From Candidatus Moranbacteria bacterium GW2011_GWC2_40_12 (GTDB lineage Bacteria; Patescibacteriota; Minisyncoccia; Moranbacterales; UBA11712), in assembly GCA_000995965.1 (NCBI GenBank), contig LBYD01000002.1, positions 135,889 through 199,888 on the forward strand: a stretch of 64,000 nucleotides of DNA, given 5' to 3'. The notes below the pieces were generated by a model that saw only the letters and a list, made by a program, of their open reading frames with translations, was not told the DNA's origin and did no database searches. Below are positions 56,900 through 64,000 of this stretch, one piece after another (position 1 is the first letter of the stretch; every line of letters begins with the position of its first letter). The translations under genes were made by a program, and so were the position numbers.

Positions 56900-58555
56900 A
56901 TGAAAATGCTCCAAAAAATCAAGAAAATAGTCGATGCCATCGAAAACTTCCCCCTCTCACTCTCCCGATTTATCCTCGCTTTCTCGGCCCTTATCGCTCT
57001 TCGGGTGCTGGGCGAAAACTTTTTGTCGCATTTTGGAAGCCGGCCGGCCGAGTTTATTGCTGGCTCAATCCTTGCCACATATCTCTTTTTCCTTTTTTCG
57101 ATAATCCTTTTGATTTTGTTTTTAGGCGCATATCTCCAGGAATCTTCCAAGAAAATTGCCAATCTCCTTCTTTGGGGTTTTTTCTTGGTCATTTCTCCTC
57201 CGCTTCTCGATAAATATTTCTGCGGAGACCAGCGGTGCTGGAGCTTCTATGCTTTTGACAGTCTGGCGGGGCTCGGGAAAAGATTTCTCACTTTTTTCGG
57301 AAGCGACCCGGTGATCGGGATCACCTACGGCGTCCGGATTGAAGTGGCGCTGGCGGTTTTGTTCCTGATAATCTATATATTTGTCAAAACCAAAAACGCT
57401 CTCAAGGCTTTTTTAGGGGGATTTTTTGCGTACACGATCCTTTTCATTCTTGGCTCATTCCCTTCCTGGCTCGCGTTCCTCTTTTTAGCGCCTGAAAAAA
57501 GCATTGCTCGCGTCGAAGGGCTTGATATAGCCGGGCTTTTTCTCTCCCCGATACGCTACTTTTCTTTTTCCGGGACTGAAATCTTGAACGCGCTCAACGC
57601 CAAGATGAATTTGATCTACGCTTTTCTTTTGGTTCCAGCAATTGTTTTCTTTTTTTGGCTCAACTTCAGAGAGAAATTCTGGGCGGTGGCGAAAAACGTC
57701 CGCTGGATCCAGATTCTGATTCACGCGGGACTCGTTCTTTTTGGCGCGGGTTTGGGGGCGTTCTATTTTCCAAAAAATATCACGTTTGACGCGTTCTCTT
57801 TTTTTGCCCTTGCAAACCTCATTCTGGCGGCCGTTTTTGCTTGGATCGCCTCGGTATTTTTGAACGATATCGCTGATATTGAAATTGATAAAATAACCAA
57901 CAAAAAAAGGCCGACGGCCACGGGAGAAGTTCCAACAGAAGATTATTGGCAGCTCTTTCTGGCCAGCTTTCTCATATCCCTTGTTCTAGCGCTCACAGTC
58001 GGGGTGAAATTTTTTCTTTTGATTCTTGTCTACCAAATCATTGGCTGGGCGTATTCCTGCTGGCCCTTTCGTCTCAAAAGATTTCCGGGAGTGGCCGGGT
58101 TTCTCTCGGCTTTTGCCCTCGCTCTCCTTTTTTCGGACGGATTCATGCTTCTTGCCGATGATCAGGACATTTCCCGTCTTCCGGCCAAGGTTTTTTGGCT
58201 GCTCATCATTGCCTTCATGATTTCCCTTCCGATAAAAGATTTGAAAGACATCGAAGGAGATCAAAAAAATGGAATTTGGACGATTCCCGTTCTTCTCGGC
58301 GAAACTTGGGCGCGGTTCGCAATCGGCTTGGGAATCTTTGTATCCTACGCTTTGAGCGTCGTCTGGCTCAACGCCAAAGTTTTGTTTTTTCCGGCCATGG
58401 TTCTGGGAGCTGTGTCTTTTTGGATTTTGCAGAATAAAAAAATATCGCCCCGAAGGGTGCATATCTTTGTTTTTGGGTTGTTGTTTCTTTACGTTTTGCT
58501 TATGGCCTATTTTCTTTTCTGGAAAAATATGCAATTAGTAATTAGTAATTTGTAA
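56900..58555 (+). CDS. UbiA-family prenyltransferase with an extra N-terminal membrane domain
   Basis: NDIADIEIDK..KKRP and KDLKDIEGD...TIPV Asp-rich motifs. Confidence 0.85.
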   Translation: MKMLQKIKKIVDAIENFPLSLSRFILAFSALIALRVLGENFLSHFGSRPAEFIAGSILATYLFFLFSIILLILFLGAYLQESSKKIANLLLWGFFLVISPPLLDKYFCGDQRCWSFYAFDSLAGLGKRFLTFFGSDPVIGITYGVRIEVALAVLFLIIYIFVKTKNALKAFLGGFFAYTILFILGSFPSWLAFLFLAPEKSIARVEGLDIAGLFLSPIRYFSFSGTEILNALNAKMNLIYAFLLVPAIVFFFWLNFREKFWAVAKNVRWIQILIHAGLVLFGAGLGAFYFPKNITFDAFSFFALANLILAAVFAWIASVFLNDIADIEIDKITNKKRPTATGEVPTEDYWQLFLASFLISLVLALTVGVKFFLLILVYQIIGWAYSCWPFRLKRFPGVAGFLSAFALALLFSDGFMLLADDQDISRLPAKVFWLLIIAFMISLPIKDLKDIEGDQKNGIWTIPVLLGETWARFAIGLGIFVSYALSVVWLNAKVLFFPAMVLGAVSFWILQNKKISPRRVHIFVFGLLFLYVLLMAYFLFWKNMQLVISNL

Positions 58556-58618
58556 TTCGGATATTATTATCCAGATTACAGCAAGTGCAACTAGCGAAAT
58601 TGCTCATTACCAATTACT
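58533..58618. repeat. Inverted heptamer-periodic repeat joining two convergent gene ends
   Basis: AATTAGT-AATTAGT-AATTTGT-AATT ... AATTGCTC-ATTACC-AATTACT. Confidence 0.6.
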
Positions 58619-59382
58619 TCGTATAGCTTCACCCAATCCTCCACCCCCAGTTTCTCTGCCCGCACTCCCGGCTCAAGGCCGGATTTTTTCATCCATTCCA
58701 AAATTTTATCTTTGGAAATTTGAAAACTCGAAGACAGATTATTGACGAGCATTTTGCGCTTGGATGAAAATCCGGCGCGGACGAGAGAGAAAAATTGTTT
58801 GATATCGATATCCGGAATATTTTCTTTTCTTTTTATCCTAATCACCGCTGAATCTACCTCCGGAGAGGGATCAAAATTTTCCCGGGAAACGTCAAAAAGC
58901 AATTCCGGATCGGCGTAGAATTTCACGGATATGGACAGGATGCTTTCTTTGCCGTCGAGCGCGACGATTCTCTCCCCGACTTCTTTTTGGACCATCAAAA
59001 CCATCTCTTGAGGCGTATATTTTGTCTCAAGAAGCAGGCGGATGATTTTCGAAGTGATGTAATAGGGCAGATTTGCGACGACTTTATATTCTTTGAAATT
59101 ATTTTCTTCAATCAAGCGCGGCAAGTTTATTTTCAAAATATCTCCCTCGATTATTTTCGTGTTTTTATATTTTTCTTTTTGCAACTTGCCGGCTAAATCG
59201 CGGTCTATTTCCAGCGCCAAAACTTTCGCAGCCTTTTTGGCGAGATATTTTGTCAGGATTCCCGTTCCCGGGCCGATTTCAAGGACGTTTTCACGGGATG
59301 AAAAATTTGCGGAATTCGCAATCCGTTCAGCGATGGAATCGTTGGCGAGAAAATTTTGACCCAGTGATTTTTTCGGTTGCAT
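58591..59382 (-). CDS. rsmA: 16S rRNA dimethyladenosine transferase
   Basis: KKSLGQNFL, LEIGPGTG, ANLPYYI, MVQKEV. Confidence 0.96.
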   Translation of the reverse strand: MQPKKSLGQNFLANDSIAERIANSANFSSRENVLEIGPGTGILTKYLAKKAAKVLALEIDRDLAGKLQKEKYKNTKIIEGDILKINLPRLIEENNFKEYKVVANLPYYITSKIIRLLLETKYTPQEMVLMVQKEVGERIVALDGKESILSISVKFYADPELLFDVSRENFDPSPEVDSAVIRIKRKENIPDIDIKQFFSLVRAGFSSKRKMLVNNLSSSFQISKDKILEWMKKSGLEPGVRAEKLGVEDWVKLYEVIGNEQFR

Positions 59383-59390
59383 AGTCAGAT

Positions 59391-60431
59391 TTAGCTCAAA
59401 ATACGGACTAAAATGCGTCCAAGAAGTCTTATCCTGACGCCGATAGCGACTAAATCGAAAACAAAATTTCGCAATGGGCCGGAATAGTAGACAATTCTCA
59501 AAAGCAAATGGTGCCAGTCGCGCTCTTGCAGAGCCTCTTTTATCAGTCTTGGCTGGTAGTTCTTTTCCAAAATTATGCGGGCGATCTCTTCACCGGAAAC
59601 CAACGCCTGATATATTCCTTCCCCGGTGAATCCGGAAGCGAGTCCAGCCGCGTCGCCCGCTAAAAAAATATTTTTGAATTTATATCCTCGAAAATCACAG
59701 TTTATTGGAAATGATTGAAGGGCAATATTATCAAGGCAAATGTTATTTTTTCGAGCCCAATAGCTAAATCCCCCCCTTATTTTAACCGGGTCAATTTTTT
59801 TTAAATTATGGGATTTTGACGGATGGCCGTAGCCGACAGAGACATAATCATGGCGCGGGAAAATCCAGGCATACCAACAGCTGAAAAGGACCGAGTCGAA
59901 ATGCAGCTCAAGATCTTCAAATTTATTTTGAGGGACAAGATATTGGATTGCCACGCCATATATTTTGGTCGGAACTTTCAAATAGCGTCGGACAATCGAG
60001 GCTGATCCGTCCGCGCCAATCAGATATTTGTAACCTGTTTTTTCTCCGTTATTAATAATCAAGGAATCTTCCATAATTTTTGTTACCCGGGCTTTGGTTC
60101 TCACGGTTACGTTTTGGCGATTTATTTTTGCCAGCTGCCACTGCCCGAGTTTTTCTCGGTCAACGAGAAAAAAATAATCTTTTTCCAGGCGGATTTTTGT
60201 TTTGAAATGCGGGGATCGGAAAATTATGGAAGAAAAACTTTTCTCGATGAGATTATCCGGCAGTCCAAGATATTCTCGGCTTTTTCGGGTCAATCCGCCT
60301 GCGCATATTTTTGGCCCGATCCTCTCATTTTTTTCGAGGAGCAAAACTTTTTTTCCGGCATTACCCAAAATTTCGGCGGCTCGCAATCCAGCTGGTCCGG
60401 CTCCTGCAATAATAACGTCAAATATTTGCAT
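59391..60431 (-). CDS. Geranylgeranyl reductase family FAD oxidoreductase
   Basis: GAGPAG, KICAGG, GADG, YAWIFP, GDAAG..FTGEGI. Confidence 0.85.
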   Translation of the reverse strand: MQIFDVIIAGAGPAGLRAAEILGNAGKKVLLLEKNERIGPKICAGGLTRKSREYLGLPDNLIEKSFSSIIFRSPHFKTKIRLEKDYFFLVDREKLGQWQLAKINRQNVTVRTKARVTKIMEDSLIINNGEKTGYKYLIGADGSASIVRRYLKVPTKIYGVAIQYLVPQNKFEDLELHFDSVLFSCWYAWIFPRHDYVSVGYGHPSKSHNLKKIDPVKIRGGFSYWARKNNICLDNIALQSFPINCDFRGYKFKNIFLAGDAAGLASGFTGEGIYQALVSGEEIARIILEKNYQPRLIKEALQERDWHHLLLRIVYYSGPLRNFVFDLVAIGVRIRLLGRILVRILS

Positions 60432-60435
60432 AAAT

Positions 60436-61371
60436 TTAATTCAATATCTCCTCCACTTTCACATTGATCACTCCCGCTCCGATGTCCCCTATTTTTTGGA
60501 AAGCTTTTTTATTGAGATCAATGACGCGGCCTTTGCCGTAGGGGCCGGAGTCGTTCACCTGGACAATCACCGATTTCCCATTCGACCGGTTCGTCACGCG
60601 GAGATATTTTCCTTGCGCGAAGTCGAGACTGGCGCAGGTCAGGCCATCGCCATAGACATACCAAGTGGCGGATCCGGTTTGGGTTTTTCCTACGATGATT
60701 TTTGTCCCGACGACTTCGATTTGGGAAACGGGTGTCTTCGTGATCTTGCTTCCCAGCAATTGCCGGTTGGTTTCTTTGCCGTTGGTATAAGTGATTTTGT
60801 ATGTTTTTTCACGAATTCCTTTTTCCCCTTTCTGTTTTGTTTCCTTTTTTCTCCAGAGAACAGTTTTATCTTCTTTTTCGACCGTTTGGAAAGGAATATC
60901 TTCCTCGAGCGTAATTTCTTCGAAATTTATTCTTGTGACAATAATATCGGCATTGGGTTTGAGGAGGGAATCAAGAGCCGGATTGATTTTATCGGCATGC
61001 GACAAAATCAGATCAGCTTCATTTATTGCATCTCTCACTGTTATGCCAAGAGTATCCATTTTAATCTTTTGTCCGTCAACTGAAATCCCTACCGGCATGG
61101 CCCGGCGGACGGCGATTTTGCTTCCCGGAAAAATTTTCGTATCCAGTGCGGGAAAAATATAGTCCCCTTCGCCGAGCGCAATATTTTCTTCAGCGAGAAA
61201 TTCGGAAACGGTTATTTTTTCGGTGATTGCGTGAAAAACCACTCCATTGTCAGAAATTTCCACCGCGAAAGCCTTTTTTTGGTCAAATATCCTCTTCTCG
61301 AAAGGCCAAAAGAAATATATCAGTATTGCCGCAACCACTGCCAGCAGAAATATTTTGAAATAAAAACGCAT
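60436..61371 (-). CDS. DUF348/G5 domain protein with RlpA-like double-psi beta-barrel
   Basis: GEKG...VGTK G5 region; SATWY, VNDSGPY, VIDL. Confidence 0.85.
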   Translation of the reverse strand: MRFYFKIFLLAVVAAILIYFFWPFEKRIFDQKKAFAVEISDNGVVFHAITEKITVSEFLAEENIALGEGDYIFPALDTKIFPGSKIAVRRAMPVGISVDGQKIKMDTLGITVRDAINEADLILSHADKINPALDSLLKPNADIIVTRINFEEITLEEDIPFQTVEKEDKTVLWRKKETKQKGEKGIREKTYKITYTNGKETNRQLLGSKITKTPVSQIEVVGTKIIVGKTQTGSATWYVYGDGLTCASLDFAQGKYLRVTNRSNGKSVIVQVNDSGPYGKGRVIDLNKKAFQKIGDIGAGVINVKVEEILN

Positions 61372-61373
61372 AA

Positions 61374-62105
61374 CTAAATGTTTCTTCTCATAAATTTTAC
61401 GAAGTTTCGCTGAAGATCCGCTATTTCGGGATTTTCAATTATAACACCAACGAGATTAACAAGCGAGAGCATGGCAACCTTATTTCCGGCGACCATGAGA
61501 TCAACCGATAATTCAAAATCTTTCGGCAAGATTTTGGGTGTGCCAATTCCAGTATAAAATTCTCTTTTTGCATGTTTCTTGCCAGTCGAGCTGTTTTCAA
61601 TCAGATCTTTTATCTTTCCTCCGCTCTCTCGGATATTTTGGAAAAACTTCTCATTGTCTTCATTGTTAAAAATGGCAAAATATTTTTCGGCCGAAAAAGC
61701 TCCGTAAATTGTGTGCGAGGTTTTTGTCATCTCGTCGTATATCGTTCGCAATCCTTCGATGCCTTCGTAAAATCTTATTTGCGGATGGTGGCGCGAAACG
61801 GCGTATATTTCTTTGAGCTGCGGCAGAATGGACGAGATCTTCCTTTTCCTTTTTTCCAGTATCTTCACAAGCTTATCGGGATTTTCGGCGGCATAAAAAA
61901 TTCTTTTCTTCCGGATGGTTTTGTAAAGCAGACTTTCGCTTGTCAGCTTGTCCAGATACTCATAGATCGTTGTTCTCTTGATTCCCGACTTTCGGGAGAT
62001 ATCCGAAACCGTCGCTTTCCCCAATTCCAAAACCGCCAAATATATTTCAGCCTCCTTTTCTTCGAATCCAGCTTCTTTGAGCTGTTTTAGAATGCTTTCA
62101 TGCAT
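61374..62105 (-). CDS. TrmB-family HTH transcriptional regulator
   Basis: GFEEKEAEIYLA.LELG, IKRTTIY, YEGIEG. Confidence 0.85.
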   Translation of the reverse strand: MHESILKQLKEAGFEEKEAEIYLAVLELGKATVSDISRKSGIKRTTIYEYLDKLTSESLLYKTIRKKRIFYAAENPDKLVKILEKRKRKISSILPQLKEIYAVSRHHPQIRFYEGIEGLRTIYDEMTKTSHTIYGAFSAEKYFAIFNNEDNEKFFQNIRESGGKIKDLIENSSTGKKHAKREFYTGIGTPKILPKDFELSVDLMVAGNKVAMLSLVNLVGVIIENPEIADLQRNFVKFMRRNI

Positions 62106-62111
62106 AGCGAG

Positions 62112-62140
62112 AGATTAACATTTCCTTATTAAAGTGTCAA
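62112..62140 (-). promoter_or_regulatory. Sigma70-type promoter directly before the TrmB-like gene
   Basis: TTGACA-17 bp-TAATCT with TGn extension. Confidence 0.6.
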
Positions 62141-62297
62141 TATATTCGTCATATTATTTATTATTTTTTTATTTATTAGCTTATATAAAGTATATTATGA
62201 TAATTAATCTAAATATATTTGTCTCATATTTTTCTTTATTATATTCTAATTTATTCCCTATTATGGGATAGCTATTTAACAACTTGGGAGGAATGTT

Positions 62298-62555
62298 ATG
62301 AAAATCACCAAAATCGCTTTTTGGATTTCTTGGGGAATCCTGCTTGTGGGGGTGATTTCAACTCTTGGAGCTTGGATTTATGCAACATTACTGGCAACCG
62401 CGGGAAATACGAACCAATATCTTTTTTGGAAGAACATCAGTGACAAATCTTTGGCATCATTGCCTCTGGGAAGTATACTGCTACTGATTTTTTCTGCAGT
62501 CCATGTTGTGAAGCTAAATGAAATTAACAGGAGAGGGAAAAATGAAAAAGAGTAA
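62298..62555 (+). CDS. Small membrane protein
   Basis: GGGAGG RBS, two TM segments. Confidence 0.6.
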   Translation: MKITKIAFWISWGILLVGVISTLGAWIYATLLATAGNTNQYLFWKNISDKSLASLPLGSILLLIFSAVHVVKLNEINRRGKNEKE

Positions 62556-62877
62556 AAATAACACCTTCGACTTTAGTTTTGCGTACTGGATTACTATTTT
62601 TATTATAATCCAGCTGTCATTTAACTTTTTCACCACTTTAGTTTTCTCTTTAGCTCTGGCAAATCTCCACCACAACACCATAGCCAATTTCCAAATTGGA
62701 TGGTGGCAAATAGCTGGCATTGCAACCTCATTAATTTCATTCATATACGCTATTGCTGCCTTAGTCTTGATGTTTATTCCCTTGGTACACTTTTCAGTTG
62801 GTCGGCAGCAACAAAAAGAAAGGATGGAAAGGGAGGGGGCAGGAGCTGGAGTAACTGAAGAAAAAGATGAAGGCTAA
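62542..62877 (+). CDS. Small membrane protein
   Basis: GGAGAGG RBS before ATG 62542, two TM segments. Confidence 0.55.
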   Translation: MKKSKNNTFDFSFAYWITIFIIIQLSFNFFTTLVFSLALANLHHNTIANFQIGWWQIAGIATSLISFIYAIAALVLMFIPLVHFSVGRQQQKERMEREGAGAGVTEEKDEG

Positions 62878-63032
62878 GGTGAAGATTTGGGAGAATCGCG
62901 AAACTGCGCGGTTATCAAAACCACTTAGGGATTCTCTGGGAGACTGTCAACGCGCAGTTCTCCCTCTTTTTATTTCCCGCAATTTTTCCACAAATATAAT
63001 TTACAAAAACCAAGTTCCTTCTTGCCGAACGC

Positions 63033-63066
63033 ATTACACATGTTTGCGATCGTCATCATATGTAAT
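63033..63066. repeat. 34-bp imperfect palindrome, upstream copy
   Basis: ATTACACATGTTTGCGATCGTCATCATATGTAAT; 28/34 identical to the reverse complement of 63730-63763. Confidence 0.75.
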
Positions 63067-63112
63067 ATAATGAATGCATAGAAATAATGATAAATTTTGT
63101 TAATACGAAACC

Positions 63113-63697
63113 ATGCCAAGCCAAAAAATGCTTTCGTCTCTCGCCAAGAGCATAATGAGCGGAAGCTACAGGACATCTAGTTTTATTTGCACCACTCTAT
63201 TTGAATTGGGAGAAATATATCTGGAAATCTTTTTCAATCCGAAATATGCCTTCACCCGTCCCTCGCGGAGATTGTTTGATTTGGATCAGAACTGGCAGCC
63301 GAGCCGGAACTCCCTCCAGGTTGAGGTTAAAAGGCTGATCGATCAGGGTATTGTTGGAAAAAAGAACTCTAAGCTGGGTCTCACGAAAGAAGGCCGCTCA
63401 ATTATCAGCGGCTTGGTGGCTAAGCGAAAAATATTGGACAAGAAATGGGACGGAAAATATCGGCTGGTGATATTTGACATTCCTGAAATAAAAAAAGCAT
63501 CCCGAAGATGGCTGCGTGAAGAATTGTATCTTTTGCAATATATTCAGCTTCAAAAAAGCGTTTTCATCGGTAAATATCCTTTGAGTCAGAATATCATAAG
63601 AGATATAAAAAAGTCGAGGCTAAGCGATTTCGTGAATTATCTACTGGTGGATAAAATTTATGATGAGAGAAAATTGAAACTTTTCAATCCGCATTAA
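63113..63697 (+). CDS. PaaX-like wHTH + Cas2-like domain protein
   Basis: LTKEG, KWDGKYRLVIFDIPE, R..LR..L, LQKSVF. Confidence 0.8.
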   Translation: MPSQKMLSSLAKSIMSGSYRTSSFICTTLFELGEIYLEIFFNPKYAFTRPSRRLFDLDQNWQPSRNSLQVEVKRLIDQGIVGKKNSKLGLTKEGRSIISGLVAKRKILDKKWDGKYRLVIFDIPEIKKASRRWLREELYLLQYIQLQKSVFIGKYPLSQNIIRDIKKSRLSDFVNYLLVDKIYDERKLKLFNPH

Positions 63698-63729
63698 CCG
63701 TTTCCAGCGTGATTGCGAATATGCTTTGT

Positions 63730-63763
63730 ATTACACTTGTTGACGATCGTAAATAAGTGTAAT
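63730..63763. repeat. 34-bp imperfect palindrome, downstream copy
   Basis: ATTACACTTGTTGACGATCGTAAATAAGTGTAAT. Confidence 0.75.
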
Positions 63764-63820
63764 ATGAGATACTGGAAAGCGCAGGATATTTATTTGCGAA
63801 TCAAATATATCTTTCAATAC

Positions 63821-64000
63821 TTATATCTGTCTCTGCCGATATTGGATTGCTTCGGCGAGGTGCGGGACTTCGATATTTTCGCTGTCCGCGAGGTCCGCGA
63901 TGGTGCGGGCGATTTTTATTATTCTGTGAAAAGCCCGGGCGCTAAGATGGAGAGAGTCGACGGCTTGGCGGAGAAGTGCCATTTCTTTTTCACCGAGCGG
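63821..64000 (-). CDS. comM: 3' end of a YifB/ComM Mg-chelatase-like AAA ATPase (partial)
   Basis: Manual translation: ...[41 protein letters not shown]. Confidence 0.85.
   Translation of the reverse strand, partial: PLGEKEMALLRQAVDSLHLSARAFHRIIKIARTIADLADSENIEVPHLAEAIQYRQRQI

Noticed and set aside
60202-61083. 293-aa plus-strand ORF and many other short overlapping ORFs in the track
   Set aside because: Antisense or out-of-frame to genes with clear family motifs; no motifs of their own
62880-63820. CRISPR-Cas locus suggested by the Cas2-like domain and 34-bp repeats
   Set aside because: Only two repeats, ~660 bp apart with a gene between them; no spacers and no cas1 or other cas genes

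Overview
Origin-of-replication region of a small-genome bacterium. It is most likely a Patescibacteria/CPR (Parcubacteria-like) organism using genetic code 11; this is inferred from gene content, not from a search. Left to right the window holds: (i) an array of at least six, probably seven, paralogous proteins with divergent N-termini and a conserved C-terminal phosphohistidine 'swivel' (PEP-utiliser mobile) domain but no ATP-binding domain, interleaved with ribH, ribE, a riboflavin kinase, an HD protein and a histidine phosphatase; (ii) yebC-ruvC; (iii) an ATP-grasp/peptide-ligase cluster (7TM protein, four ATP-grasp ligases, a cyanophycin-synthetase-like enzyme, a DUF1704/MATCAP-like carboxypeptidase); (iv) PBP1A, dciA, dnaN, oriC, dnaA, rpmH-rnpA-yidC-jag; (v) a surface glycan locus; (vi) a ~20 kb VirB4/PrgI/VirB6/pilin T4SS-like cluster with pilin-fused enzymes, including a lytic transglycosylase next to an Ivy-like inhibitor; (vii) UbiA, rsmA, a geranylgeranyl reductase, G5-RlpA, TrmB, a PaaX/Cas2-like gene and the end of a comM/yifB-family gene. 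The most striking non-gene signal is two families of dispersed inverted-repeat elements. Each occurs 'full' (wrapping a GxxExxY nuclease-like gene or a four-helix-bundle gene), 'empty' (hairpin only) and as single arms read in frame inside host genes. No tRNA, rRNA or CRISPR array was recognised. All family calls are motif recognition by eye; no database search was run.
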